Numbered from the stretch's first letter, positions 18,939-29,220 are shown. The stretch: DNA of 64,000 nt from an uncultured bacterium (GCA_903847095.1 CAINCQ010000024.1:16628-80627), one strand, 5' to 3'. Notes: generated from the sequence alone by a model not told the origin. A program made the numbers and translations.

Positions 18939-20111
18939 ATGGAATTCTTAAGCCTTAAAACTGCCGCGTTCGGTCTTGAAATAACCGATTTGAATTTGAG
19001 AATGGTTGATCTAAAAAAAAAGAACGGTAAGACGGTTCTTTCTTCACTTTCATGTCTTGAGATTGCTCCGGGAATAGTCGAGGCGGGGGAAGTTAAGGAT
19101 GTAAGGAAACTGGCCGAAGCGATAAAGAACTGTCTAAAAAAAACCGATAGCTCAAAGATCGAAAAAAGACATGTGGTCGTTTCTCTTCCCGACGATAAAG
19201 CTTTTTTGCAGGTTATCCAAATGCCCAAGATCGGAGAAAATGATTTGCGTCTGGCCGTGCCTTTTGAGGCGGAAAACTATATACCGATGCCTTTGGAAAA
19301 GGCATGTTTCGATTATCAGGCGATATTGGATCCAAGCGAAAATATCAACCATCTGGACGTTCTCATCGCCGCTTTTCCGAAAAACACGATCGATCTTTAC
19401 GTGGAGGCGGTCAAGGAGGCGGGCTTGGTTCCGATAGCTTTTGAATTGGAGTCGCAGGCTATCGCCCGCGCGTTGGTCAAAAATGGATTTTCCGAAGGGC
19501 CGATTTTGATAATACACGTCGGTGACGTCAAAACAAATTTGATAATATACGCCGGGTATTCGTTGCGTATTTCTTTTTCCGTTCCTATTTCCAACAAGTA
19601 TTTCGTTGATACGATTTCTAAAATTTTGGGCATCAAAACAAAAGAGGCCGAAGTTCTAAAAAATGATTATGGCATCGAAAAAAATAACAGCACAGCTGGG
19701 GTCTCCGGGGAAAAAAAGAAAGCTTTAAGTGTGTCAGAGCGCAAGGTGGATGGGGCGGGGAAGCGAGATAAGGATCAGAGGGCGATTTTTGAAGCTCTCG
19801 TGCCTTCGATCATTGATTTTACGCAACAAGTTGAAAAATATCTGAATTATTACCATACGCACGCGAGTCACGAACATCTTGGAAAAAACAAAAGAATTGT
19901 CGGAAAAATTATTCTTTGCGGCGCCGGCGCGAATTTAAAAGGGCTGGACCAGTTGATCGGTTTGAGATTAGGGTTACCGGTTCAAAAGGAAGCGATAATT
20001 TTTGACGGACCTTTCCCGTTTAAGGGAAAGAATCCGGTACCTGATGTCCAGATCAATCAATTTGTCACGGCTTTCGGGTTAGCTATAAGGGGATTGGATG
20101 GAAAAGGATAG
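18939..20111 (+). CDS. pilM: Type IV pilus assembly protein PilM (actin-like)
   Basis: FGLEITD, FEAENYIPMP, ELESQAIARA, ILCGAGANLKGL, FVTAFGLAIRG. Confidence 0.9.
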   Translation: MEFLSLKTAAFGLEITDLNLRMVDLKKKNGKTVLSSLSCLEIAPGIVEAGEVKDVRKLAEAIKNCLKKTDSSKIEKRHVVVSLPDDKAFLQVIQMPKIGENDLRLAVPFEAENYIPMPLEKACFDYQAILDPSENINHLDVLIAAFPKNTIDLYVEAVKEAGLVPIAFELESQAIARALVKNGFSEGPILIIHVGDVKTNLIIYAGYSLRISFSVPISNKYFVDTISKILGIKTKEAEVLKNDYGIEKNNSTAGVSGEKKKALSVSERKVDGAGKRDKDQRAIFEALVPSIIDFTQQVEKYLNYYHTHASHEHLGKNKRIVGKIILCGAGANLKGLDQLIGLRLGLPVQKEAIIFDGPFPFKGKNPVPDVQINQFVTAFGLAIRGLDGKG

Positions 20112-20140
20112 ACAAAGGGAAGAAATTTTCGAGGATTTCA

Positions 20141-20674
20141 ATGATTAACTTACTTCCAAAAAAACAAAAAGACGAGCTGGAACTTGAGCAAATGTTCCGG
20201 GTTATTATGATCTTAGGGATCGTAATAACGGCCGGTTTGATCTGTCTGGCGTTGATGTTTTTCTTTATTAAAATGCTGTTCGAGGCGAAGCTCGATATTA
20301 AGGCCATCTCCGTCGAAGACAAGAACAAAATGGTAAAAATTTTAAAAGTCGATGATGACGAAAAAAGCATTTCTTATTACAATTCCAATTTTTCCAAACT
20401 GGAATCGATTTATAAGAAGCAAACCGACGTTTCTTCAATGATCGGGGGGTTGATAGATTCTTTACCTCAAGGAATTTATCTTACCAATTTGACCATGACG
20501 GGAAATAAAGTAGTGGCGTCGGGGCATTGTCCCGACAGAGCGAGCCTCGTCTCCTTCAAAGAAAGATTGGAAAGTAATCCCCGTTTCAAAAGTGTTTATT
20601 TTCCGGCAAACAACTGGGTAGAGCAGAAAAATATCAATTTCAGTTTAAATTTCGAATATGTCCCAAAAGAATAA
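20141..20674 (+). CDS. pilN: PilN-like protein
   Basis: Starts MINLLP (PilM-binding motif), TM, follows pilM. Confidence 0.85.
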   Translation: MINLLPKKQKDELELEQMFRVIMILGIVITAGLICLALMFFFIKMLFEAKLDIKAISVEDKNKMVKILKVDDDEKSISYYNSNFSKLESIYKKQTDVSSMIGGLIDSLPQGIYLTNLTMTGNKVVASGHCPDRASLVSFKERLESNPRFKSVYFPANNWVEQKNINFSLNFEYVPKE

Positions 20675-21218
20675 AATATTGGCGGCCTTATTGTTTTTTT
20701 CCATCCTTTTTCTTGTGATTGCCGCGGTTATCATTGGTCCGTTGGTTTACGGTATCGAAAATATCGGCTCAAAACTCAGCGAGCAGGATCAGGACATTTC
20801 GGTTCTAAACGAAAGAATAGCCAAAGCAAAGGAATTCCGCGTATTCCGGTCCCAAAACGAAGACGAGCTGGCTAAACTGGAAAAAACGTTTGTCACTGCG
20901 GATCCGCCGCTTGATTTCATCAACTTCCTTGAGGATGTTTCAAGGAATTGCCAGGTGGATTCTTCGATATCGGCTTCCGCAATTTCAAAAACAGAAAAAG
21001 ACGCCTTTCCATCGATCAATTTCCAGGTCGCGCTTACCGGAACTTTTTCTTCGGCCATGAAGTTTTTGAAAAAAATCGAATCAGGCCCCTACCTTGTCGA
21101 GATCAACAGTTTGGCGATAAGAAACGATGATAATAACAATTCGCTCGATGGAGACGCGGGCCGAAAAGTGAAGATGGATATCTCCATAAAAGCTTACACG
21201 ACAAAACAGCTTCAATGA
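20658..21218 (+). CDS. pilO: PilO-like protein
   Basis: TM + coiled coil + GTFSSAMKFLKKIE motif; follows pilN. Confidence 0.8.
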   Translation: MSQKNKILAALLFFSILFLVIAAVIIGPLVYGIENIGSKLSEQDQDISVLNERIAKAKEFRVFRSQNEDELAKLEKTFVTADPPLDFINFLEDVSRNCQVDSSISASAISKTEKDAFPSINFQVALTGTFSSAMKFLKKIESGPYLVEINSLAIRNDDNNNSLDGDAGRKVKMDISIKAYTTKQLQ

Positions 21219-21221
21219 TCC

Positions 21222-21530
21222 ATGACAATATTTAAGAACAGGAAGAAAAGCGCAAATATTTTGCTTAAAAAAATGGCGTCCCATCCGTTCCGGTTTTTCT
21301 GTTTTTTATTGTTGGTCTCAACGGTCATTGCCGCGGTTTTTTTCCTTTATTGCCAAACGGTGTTTGTCGGCCTCGGCGATTCCGAAGGGGAATCGGTATC
21401 GCTGGTCAAGGGATTCAATAGCGTATCCGTAAAGAACGTTTTTGATATTTGGAAACAAAGGGAGCAGGATTTTAAGGATGCCGATTCCATTTCTTACCCG
21501 GATCTGTTCAAAAATATTGTAATTGACTAA
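21222..21530 (+). CDS. Small single-TM protein ending the pil operon (PilP position)
   Basis: 102-aa ORF with one TM, 3 bp after pilO. Confidence 0.65.
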   Translation: MTIFKNRKKSANILLKKMASHPFRFFCFLLLVSTVIAAVFFLYCQTVFVGLGDSEGESVSLVKGFNSVSVKNVFDIWKQREQDFKDADSISYPDLFKNIVID

Positions 21531-21606
21531 CGCGGCTTATCGTCTATACTATCACTGTCGCTAATTCCATAGTCCGATAAGAATGTTCGCTTTCGTTTGT
21601 CACTAT

Positions 21607-21681
21607 GCCCCTATAGTTCAATGGATAGAACACTAGCCTTCTAAGCTGGATATGTAGGTTCGATTCCTACTAGGGGCACCA
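21607..21681 (+). tRNA. tRNA-Arg(TCT), CCA encoded
   Basis: GCCCCTA...CTAGC-CTTCTAA-GCTGG...GGTTCGATTCC...TAGGGGCACCA. Confidence 0.96.
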
Positions 21682-21845
21682 CGGGGCATAAATACAAAAA
21701 AGCCGGATATGTAGTGGTAGTGGTACCACGTTGAGCGTGGCTGCCGCAGTGCTAAGCGTTTTACCACGTTTAATTTATTTATCTGGCAATTGTGTTTTTA
21801 TCCAATAAGGCTTTTTTAAAAAATGATATGCTCATAGCATATCAT

Positions 21846-22151
21846 TTAAACGGCTTCTTCTTTTAGCCAGACGAGAATAAAAGCAGTATATTCTGCAGGC
21901 CTTAGATGATATATTCCCTGGTGAAAATTGTTGCCTGATAAATCACTTACGATGCCAATTTTTTTCCAAGGTTCGATCATGGTGTATCCTCTCGGGCTTC
22001 GAATAAATAAGCGTCCATTGGAGACAGCTGATTCCTTAAATTTCACACACCCTTCTCCAGCCGCCCTTATTAACATGGCAGCCGCTCTATATAGATCCGA
22101 AAGATCCTTGGAAAAATCAAATTCTTCCTCTTTCCTTTTGTTTTCGGCCAT
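21846..22151 (-). CDS. Hypothetical protein
   Basis: ORF from ATG 22151 (MAENKRK...) preceded by TTGACA-17-TAATAT on the minus strand. Confidence 0.55.
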   Translation of the reverse strand: MAENKRKEEEFDFSKDLSDLYRAAAMLIRAAGEGCVKFKESAVSNGRLFIRSPRGYTMIEPWKKIGIVSDLSGNNFHQGIYHLRPAEYTAFILVWLKEEAV

Positions 22152-22255
22152 TTCTAACCACGCAAAGATATTAAAATAAATAATCAATATTGTCAACTTT
22201 TGAAAAAGGTTTTAGATTGAGTCAATTTACAAAACTAGAGATACCTGTTTAATAT

Positions 22256-24619
22256 ATGATTATGGAATATTTCCGGATTTTTGGGGAACTTGATAAAAAC
22301 GATGCCGCTTTGGCCGGAGGCAAGGGGGCGTCGCTTGGGGAAATGACGCAGGCGGGCATTCCGGTGCCGCCCGGTTTTGTGATTCTTTCGGCGGCCTTTG
22401 AAAAATTTCTGGAAAGCGCTAATTTAAAGGCGGAAATTGACGCGATTCTTGGTTTTGTGGATCTTAAAGAAAGTCAGAGCGTAGAGCTGGCGTCAAAAAA
22501 AATCCAAACTCTTATTCTCGGCGCGGAAATTCCGCCTGAAATTTCCGATGGTATTAAGCAATTTTATAATAATCTCGATTCAAAGTACGTGGCGGTGCGT
22601 TCATCGGCTACCGCGGAAGATTCCGTGAGCGCGGCTTGGGCCGGACAACTTGATAGCTATCTTAACACTTCAAAAAACGGCTTGCTGGAAAACGTGAAAA
22701 AATGCTGGGCGTCGCTTTTTACGCCGCGAGCCATTTTTTATCGTTTCGAAAAAAAATTGGATACCCTCAAAATATCCGTCGCGGTCGTAGTGCAAAAAAT
22801 GGTTGAAAGCGAGAAGTCGGGTATTGCTTTTTCCGTCCATCCGGTAATGCAAGATAGAAACCGGCTTATCATCGAAGCGGGCTACGGCCTCGGTGAAGCG
22901 ATCGTATCGGGTCAAATTACGCCGGATTCCTATGTCGTGGAAAAAGAACCACGGAGAATTGCCGATAAAAACAATCAAAAGCAGACGAAGGGGCTTTACC
23001 GCGCCGAAAACGGAGGTAATGAATGGCGCGATATTAACGAAGACCTTGGTTTAAAACAGGTTTTATCCGATGAGGAAATTTTTGAGCTTTCGGAACTTAT
23101 TTTAAAGATCGAAAAGCATTACGGCCTCCCCTGCGATATCGAGTGGGCTTACGAAAAAGGTAAGTTTTATATTGTTCAGTCGCGTCCGATAACGACGTTG
23201 ATTGGCGAAAGAACGTTAGTCCAAAAATTTCTTTCCTCGATAGGGGAGGATAAAATCATTGTTTTTAACGGAGATTTTTACCCTCTTTTTGCTCTGTTTG
23301 ATTGGTATAATTATTATGATTCCCAAGGAGTGATGAAAAATGTTTACCCTCTTTATTTTTATAAAAAAGGCCCTTCGGTGAAAATAAGCATCAGCTTTAC
23401 GAAATATCTGGACGTATCGAAATCGGCTTTTCGGAGGTATTTAGACGGAGAACTGGATATTGTTCGGACCGGGAATGCATACCAAGCCTTGAAAGACGGT
23501 ATTAATACGCTTTATGACAAATACTGCGTTGCGGGATCATGGGATGAGGCGGAATTATTATCCGATCTCGACAAGACTGTCGATGGTTTGCAAAAGCTGG
23601 ATGCGTTAACGTTTTTCATCGAAACCCTTGATCAACAGGTAGTCGCGGAAGAGCTGAATGATCGTAATTTAAAAGTGAGGCTGGAGGAAATTTGGAAAGT
23701 TTCCCAAATTTTGGATTTTAGTTCTTTTGATTCGCAAAATTCGCAAGAAATTATCACGGTTTTGCAAAAAGGGTTAAACCCCGAAAAACTGAGATATATT
23801 TTCACTAATTACACCCATTGTCCTTTGGCCAAAGAGGTCGAAGAAATTATAAAGAAATTCGATCTTGGCGGGGAAGTTACAAAATTGGAGGAAAGCAAGG
23901 AGGAGGTTGAAAGGAATATCAAAGTAAAAGAAAGCATGCGGCAAACCCTTTCAAGCGATGAATTAAATATCCTTAAATTCATTGATTGGTCGTCTTGGCT
24001 TCGCGATGACCGGAAAGCTCTTATCAACAAGGGGGATGTTCTGCTATTCGACCTGGTGAGCAAGCTTTACGGGAAATGGGGTTTTGAGCAGGATTTGGTA
24101 TCCATATCCTTTGCTTTCGAGGTGCTTAAAGGAAAGGATTTCAATCAAAAAATTATTTCCGCGATCAGGCAGAGGAAAGATAAATTGGTTCTTGTGTACT
24201 ATGGTAAGGATAAGTACGATGAAGATAGTGCCCAATCCGAGGAGGAGATAAAGATTATCGAAGAACGGTTTCTCGCGCAAAATAAACCGCAAGATGATAA
24301 TGTGATAAAGGGGGAAGTTGCGTCGACGGGATATGCTAAGGGCATAGTCAGGATTATCCAGAAAAGGAGCGAATTCGGGAGCTTTAAGGAGGGCGAGATT
24401 TTAGTGACGGGTATGACTCGGCCGGAGTTTATTCCGCTTATGAAAAAAGCGGCAGCGATCATAACGGACGAGGGAGGCATAACCAGCCACGCCGCTATCT
24501 TGAGCAGGGAATTAAAAAAACCATGCATAATCGGAACAAGGGTGGCAACGCAAATTTTGCATAACGGAGACGTGGTAGAGCTTGATACTAATTTCGGAAC
24601 CGTTAAAATTTTGAAATGA
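22256..24619 (+). CDS. PEP synthase/PPDK-family protein with rifampin-phosphotransferase-like domain order (ATP-grasp, central domain, C-terminal phospho-His swivel)
   Basis: GGKGASLGEM, VAVRSSATAED, DIEWA...IVQSRPITT at the N-terminus; EGGITSHAAILSRE at the C-terminus; no PEP-binding TIM barrel. Confidence 0.85.
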   Translation: MIMEYFRIFGELDKNDAALAGGKGASLGEMTQAGIPVPPGFVILSAAFEKFLESANLKAEIDAILGFVDLKESQSVELASKKIQTLILGAEIPPEISDGIKQFYNNLDSKYVAVRSSATAEDSVSAAWAGQLDSYLNTSKNGLLENVKKCWASLFTPRAIFYRFEKKLDTLKISVAVVVQKMVESEKSGIAFSVHPVMQDRNRLIIEAGYGLGEAIVSGQITPDSYVVEKEPRRIADKNNQKQTKGLYRAENGGNEWRDINEDLGLKQVLSDEEIFELSELILKIEKHYGLPCDIEWAYEKGKFYIVQSRPITTLIGERTLVQKFLSSIGEDKIIVFNGDFYPLFALFDWYNYYDSQGVMKNVYPLYFYKKGPSVKISISFTKYLDVSKSAFRRYLDGELDIVRTGNAYQALKDGINTLYDKYCVAGSWDEAELLSDLDKTVDGLQKLDALTFFIETLDQQVVAEELNDRNLKVRLEEIWKVSQILDFSSFDSQNSQEIITVLQKGLNPEKLRYIFTNYTHCPLAKEVEEIIKKFDLGGEVTKLEESKEEVERNIKVKESMRQTLSSDELNILKFIDWSSWLRDDRKALINKGDVLLFDLVSKLYGKWGFEQDLVSISFAFEVLKGKDFNQKIISAIRQRKDKLVLVYYGKDKYDEDSAQSEEEIKIIEERFLAQNKPQDDNVIKGEVASTGYAKGIVRIIQKRSEFGSFKEGEILVTGMTRPEFIPLMKKAAAIITDEGGITSHAAILSRELKKPCIIGTRVATQILHNGDVVELDTNFGTVKILK

Positions 24620-24953
24620 ATCCTCGGTGGATACCGGTAAGTGGCAGCGGGGTAGGCCGTTAAACCAAAGAACGGTTTACTTTTTTGAAGTCGCTGTATT
24701 TTGTGCGGGGAAATTACGCAGGGATTCAATTTTAATAAGGTTTTAAGGCGATCGGTTGATCGTTTTTTGTTAGCAGGGCAGATTTTAAGCATTGACTAGT
24801 TTTTTAAAAGAGATATAATATTTTTTTCTGATAGTTCTTTTAAAATTGCCAAAACTTTCGTTTATTACAGATAGTATTTGTTGACGAAAATGTTTTGGCA
24901 AAAAGGATTCCTGTTCCGCGATCAAAGCGACCAGGAAAAACGGAGGAATAGAT

Positions 24954-25820
24954 TTGAAGAGACAGATGGCAAATATTTTCGTAGAGTATTCGAACGCGTT
25001 ATCGGGACTTCCATGCTGCGGCTTGGAGCAACTATCCGTTTCGGCCCTTTTCCCTCACCTTGAGCGGAAAGAGGTTATTGCGGAATTACTTGAAGGATGC
25101 GGCGTTGTGGCAAGTCCCTCGATCATCATGAAGAATGTCGTACACTTGGTGTCTTACGACAGAAATTCGGATACTCTTAAGCTTTTAAGAACATTGGCGC
25201 TTCCCGATACCGGTTCCGAAGACCGGGCAGATGTTAAATACGCCCGGAGAGCCGCGAAATTCGCCATCATGCATTGGGGCGACAGATTGATCTTGCCGCC
25301 GGTGAAGGCTGTTGTCGCTATCAATTTGATCGATCCGGGAAGTTCGGGGATCGGCGAAAAGATAAATGGCAACAGGATCTTGTACGTGGCGCTTAGCCGG
25401 GATTTTCAATGGATAATGTATAACACGAATTGCGCGCGCCATAATCTTGTTGAGCAATTTCTTGTCCATCAAACAGTCTGTTCGATCGAGGGAAGGGAGT
25501 TGATGACTTGCGGCCAATGCGGAGAAGCTTATAATTGTGAACTTTGCGGTTCGCCCCTTGAGAAATACCGCTGTGGCAGTTGCGGCCACTCTTTCACACA
25601 TTGCCCGTGTTGCCAGGATTCCATCGGCGAGACCTGCTTTAAGTGCCAGTGCGAGGTGCTTGAGGCCGAACACGGGTTTTCGCTCGGGCCGCTGGGAAAA
25701 AAATTGGTAAAGTATTTGGAGGCAAAAGGGCATATCTTTGCCGTTGATCCGGATATCGCCAGGGATCGGGAATGGAGATACACCGACGCAATTTCGGAGA
25801 GAAAAATGCACGACCATTAG
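24954..25820 (+). CDS. Hypothetical protein with multiple CxxC zinc-ribbon motifs
   Basis: CGQC, CELC, CGSC, CPCC, CFKC cluster; GGAGG SD before TTG. Confidence 0.7.
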   Translation: MKRQMANIFVEYSNALSGLPCCGLEQLSVSALFPHLERKEVIAELLEGCGVVASPSIIMKNVVHLVSYDRNSDTLKLLRTLALPDTGSEDRADVKYARRAAKFAIMHWGDRLILPPVKAVVAINLIDPGSSGIGEKINGNRILYVALSRDFQWIMYNTNCARHNLVEQFLVHQTVCSIEGRELMTCGQCGEAYNCELCGSPLEKYRCGSCGHSFTHCPCCQDSIGETCFKCQCEVLEAEHGFSLGPLGKKLVKYLEAKGHIFAVDPDIARDREWRYTDAISERKMHDH

Positions 25821-26001
25821 CGACCGTTCTTTAATTTTTTTGTATTGACATATCCAGTCATAACGGCTGGTTTTTGTTTCTTTGGACGCGCCATAGCTTG
25901 AAATAATTGACAAATTAAGGTAGCATTGTTTTGTAATTAGCTACCCGCGAGGAATCAAGGTGGGTATTCCGCAAGATCGAATAATGATAAAGTAGGATCA
26001 T

Positions 26002-26073
26002 GGTGGCCATGGTGTAATGGCAGCACGAGAGTTTGTGGAGCTCTCTGCACGGGTTCGAATCCCGTTGGTCACC
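26002..26073 (+). tRNA. tRNA-His(GTG) with encoded G-1
   Basis: G-GTGGCCA...AGAGT-TTGTGGA-GCTCT...GGTTCGAATCC...TGGTCAC-C. Confidence 0.95.
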
Positions 26074-26122
26074 CAGCTTCAAAAAGTCGCCGATAAAGCG
26101 GCTTTTTGGTAGAATAATAGAT

Positions 26123-26596
26123 ATGATTAATTGTATTTTTGAGAATGGTAACAAAAACTCTTTAAGGCATGCTGTTGTCAACGTTATTATTCTTAAGGGA
26201 ACTAAAATACTTCTCGGGAAAAGATCTGAAAAAATTATCGAAGGTAGCAAGTGGGGATTAGCAGGCGGATTTATTGATAGGGACGAAACGATAATAGAAG
26301 CAGCTGAGCGAGAAGTTTTTGAGGAGACAGGATATAAAGTGAAAAATTTGGTTCTCCTTACGGTTGTTAGCAATCCAAATCGTCCCAATGATGCAGATAG
26401 GCAAAACATTGCTTTTGTTTTTTTCTGTTATGCTGGAGAAAAAGAAGGAAATTCAGATTGGGAGGTTTCAGATCAGCAATGGTTTTCTTTTGACGATCTT
26501 CCCAAGAAAGAGGAGTTTTCCTTCGATCACTACGAATTTGTAAAAACTTATTTAAAGTATAAAAAGGAGGATTTACCGCTGCCTATTTTAGGGTAA
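26123..26596 (+). CDS. NUDIX hydrolase
   Basis: Nudix box GGFIDRDETIIEAAEREVFEETGY. Confidence 0.92.
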   Translation: MINCIFENGNKNSLRHAVVNVIILKGTKILLGKRSEKIIEGSKWGLAGGFIDRDETIIEAAEREVFEETGYKVKNLVLLTVVSNPNRPNDADRQNIAFVFFCYAGEKEGNSDWEVSDQQWFSFDDLPKKEEFSFDHYEFVKTYLKYKKEDLPLPILG

Positions 26597-26699
26597 ACAG
26601 GTGCGAACATCGTCCGCCAGACGACCAATCGTCAAAAACCGCCTGCTTGGGTGGTTTTTGGTTTTGGTTAAATTAATAAAAAAGACCCGGAAAATTTTT

Positions 26700-27071
26700 C
26701 TAGGTCCATTCATACTTGCTTATAGCTTCATACCAGGAATAATCGTGGCTATGTTCTATGATTTCGTATTCTTCGCCGTTAATAGTCCCCTGGTCCTGGA
26801 ACTCAATTAGTTCCTTACAAAGGTCCCAGTGATGGTGTATTTCGGCGGCTTCGATCGCGCATTTCAAATGGCCGCAGCCGTAGGGATGATACCAACCACA
26901 GCCGCTGCATTTTGCGAATTTACTGGCAATGATACCGCAAGGGGTGACTATTCTTGACTCAAACATTTCTCCAATCACATGGTCCGAGTGGCTTGTCCGG
27001 TATGATTTAATTCTTGCATTGCCATCGGCACCCACTTTTTTGCTTCTTACCTTGAATGTCATAAGATCCAC
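26700..27071 (-). CDS. Hypothetical protein with SWIM-like Cys/His motif
   Basis: KCSGCGWYHPYGCGHL; TTGAAA-17-TATAAT promoter upstream on the minus strand. Confidence 0.65.
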   Translation of the reverse strand: MDLMTFKVRSKKVGADGNARIKSYRTSHSDHVIGEMFESRIVTPCGIIASKFAKCSGCGWYHPYGCGHLKCAIEAAEIHHHWDLCKELIEFQDQGTINGEEYEIIEHSHDYSWYEAISKYEWT

Positions 27072-27356
27072 CTTTGAGAGCTACGGCGATTATAAATTAA
27101 TCATTAATGATTTTCAAGATAGATAAGTGTTTGGCCTTACTGAGAGTAACTTTAATTTTTATTTCAAATTATATTGATCATACTGTGCCACACGGGTGCG
27201 AATATTGTTCGCTAGGCGACCCCTTCGTTGTTTCACTCCTCAGACCCTTCGGCCTGCCAAAAAGGGAATTCAAAATTTAGCATCCTCTGCGGTAAATCCA
27301 AACCGTTTATCGCCCAAAGGACGGGTTTTAGGTTGACAATAATCAAAATTAATAAT

Positions 27357-27653
27357 ATGGATAAAATGGTGGATTTTTTGACAAAATGGTTAGTTTTAAA
27401 AAAGGGTAATGTGGTCATTGTTGATCCAAGTAGTGACGCTGATAAGTCGATTATGGTCCTTTTTAAAGACAGAAAAATCATTGTTAATGAAATTTTGTGG
27501 GGCGCTTGTTATTGCGAATGCGGTCGCGAAAGGAAATTTGATGATCATGGGACATGTTTAACCTGCCATAAGCTCTGTAAGCAATACCTATGGATCGAAG
27601 GCCATGACTATAAAAGTGAATTTTTCAAACTGGCCGGAGTAGCGGAAACCTAG
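27357..27653 (+). CDS. Small Cys-rich hypothetical protein
   Basis: CYCECG...CLTCHKLC. Confidence 0.6.
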   Translation: MDKMVDFLTKWLVLKKGNVVIVDPSSDADKSIMVLFKDRKIIVNEILWGACYCECGRERKFDDHGTCLTCHKLCKQYLWIEGHDYKSEFFKLAGVAET

Positions 27654-27775
27654 TGTTTCCGCATTTTTTATTAACCGTAAGTTTTTGGCACTATATTGTC
27701 TCGTTGGAGGGTAGGTTTGATTAAAATTATAATCGCGGTCGCTGAATAAGCGGCTTTTTGTTAGAATAGAGAATA

Positions 27776-28168
27776 ATGCTTATGAAAAAAATATTACCAT
27801 TGAAGCCCAAAGACAGTAGGTCGTGGCGTGATTCCTATTATCACAAATTACTGGGATTGAAAGCGGCAAAAGAAATTGAGCGCGTCCTTCCTATTTTTGA
27901 AAAAGAGATGCCAAATGATGATCGTCCGCGTAAAGCAATGGAAGCAATCAGGGATTGGGCACAGGGGAAGCGAGAATTGGGGATGGCTGAAGTGCGCAAG
28001 CTTTCTCTCGGTTCGCATGCAGCGGCGCGGGGCGTAAAGACGGATGCGGCAAAATTTGTAGCTCATGCCGCTGGGCAAGCTGTCGGTACTTGGCATGTTC
28101 CGACGCATGCTTTGGGGGCTTTTGGCTATGCTGGGAGAGCTTTCGTTGCGAATAAAAACAAAAAATAA
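27776..28168 (+). CDS. Imm5-like putative immunity protein
   Basis: PNDDRPRKAMEA..W..G......RKLSL.SHAAAR...HAAGQAVGT.HVPTHALGA pattern. Confidence 0.75.
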   Translation: MLMKKILPLKPKDSRSWRDSYYHKLLGLKAAKEIERVLPIFEKEMPNDDRPRKAMEAIRDWAQGKRELGMAEVRKLSLGSHAAARGVKTDAAKFVAHAAGQAVGTWHVPTHALGAFGYAGRAFVANKNKK

Positions 28169-28233
28169 TTCATTCTTTGGCATCTCCATTGTTTTTGTTC
28201 CCCGGCAAACCTGGGAATAAAAAAATTAAAATT

Positions 28234-28617
28234 ATGGAAACAGATAAAGGAAAGATTTTTCTTAATACCGTCTTTTGGGGATTTATTCTTTGGCTTTTTG
28301 GTTATGTTTTGGGGTTTGTATTTTTTGCCTTTGTGCCACAAGAAGCCATCGGCTGGCTTATCATGCCTTTGGGAGTGATTGTCACTCTCTGGGTTCTGCT
28401 CAAAAAGATTGAAAGGGATTCGTTTGGTTGCTACGTCGGGCTGGGCGTCATTTGGACGATCATGGCAGTCGCCTTGGATTATATTTTCTTGGTTAAGCTT
28501 TTAAATGCCGCCGACTACTACAAGTTTGATGTTTATTTGTATTACGCTTTGATTTTTTTCTTGCCGGTAGTTACGGGTTGGTATAAATCAAACAAGACAA
28601 AGAGTATTAAAAAATAG
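28234..28617 (+). CDS. Hypothetical 4-TM membrane protein
   Basis: Four hydrophobic segments. Confidence 0.7.
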   Translation: METDKGKIFLNTVFWGFILWLFGYVLGFVFFAFVPQEAIGWLIMPLGVIVTLWVLLKKIERDSFGCYVGLGVIWTIMAVALDYIFLVKLLNAADYYKFDVYLYYALIFFLPVVTGWYKSNKTKSIKK

Positions 28618-28851
28618 AATAAAAAAATTTTCCGTTTTTTATATATAAACAAAAATAGTGAACGGCTGGGTAGGGTAAATCATCATTTTTCAACATACTC
28701 CAGGGTGGGAATGTAAATTGTTGAGTCGTTTTTCCTTTTAAAAATAGTTCTAACGTCCTCTACTATGGCAACAAGAGCAGATTTGAACCGCAAAAAGTCG
28801 CTTTAAAAGCGGTTTTTTGTAGAATGAAACAATGCGTAATAAAATAAATTT

Positions 28852-29084
28852 ATGCCGAAAATAAACATACTAATCGTAATCATACTCTGCTTAAAATAAG
28901 TGCCGGAATTGGTTATTACGCTTCGACAGTTAAAAAATCAGTAATCGTTTGCCGGGAAACGCTAACTTATCCCGAATGTCAGCTTGCAGGCGGCAGTATT
29001 GTTACTAATGAATCTGGCGGATGCAATGGGAAATTCTGCCATCCGACTCCCGCTCCTATGCCCCATTGCGAATGCCAGAAATAA
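28852..29084 (+). pseudogene. Frameshifted small secreted Cys-rich protein (~77 aa)
   Basis: MPKINILIVIILCL then, in the -1 frame after ttaaaataag, ISAGIGYYASTVKKSVIVC...ECQLAGG...GCNGKFCHP...HCECQK*. Confidence 0.55.
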
Positions 29085-29220
29085 AAAACTATTTTTTCAA
29101 ACAGGTTCGAGCGTCGTACGCCATTCGACCCGGTTTCAAAAAGTCGCCCGAAAGGCGATTTTTTGGTAAAATAAATAAACGTATTCAGAGTTTGGTAATG
29201 GTATATAGGTGAATTTATTC

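Noticed and set aside
21701..21713. GCCGGATATGTAG resembling part of tRNA-Arg(TCT) just upstream
   Set aside because: Short match (12/13) that does not include the tRNA 3' end, so it cannot be called an att site.
26033..26122. N-terminal extension of the NUDIX ORF
   Set aside because: It lies inside tRNA-His and its trailer; ATG 26123 is the plausible start.
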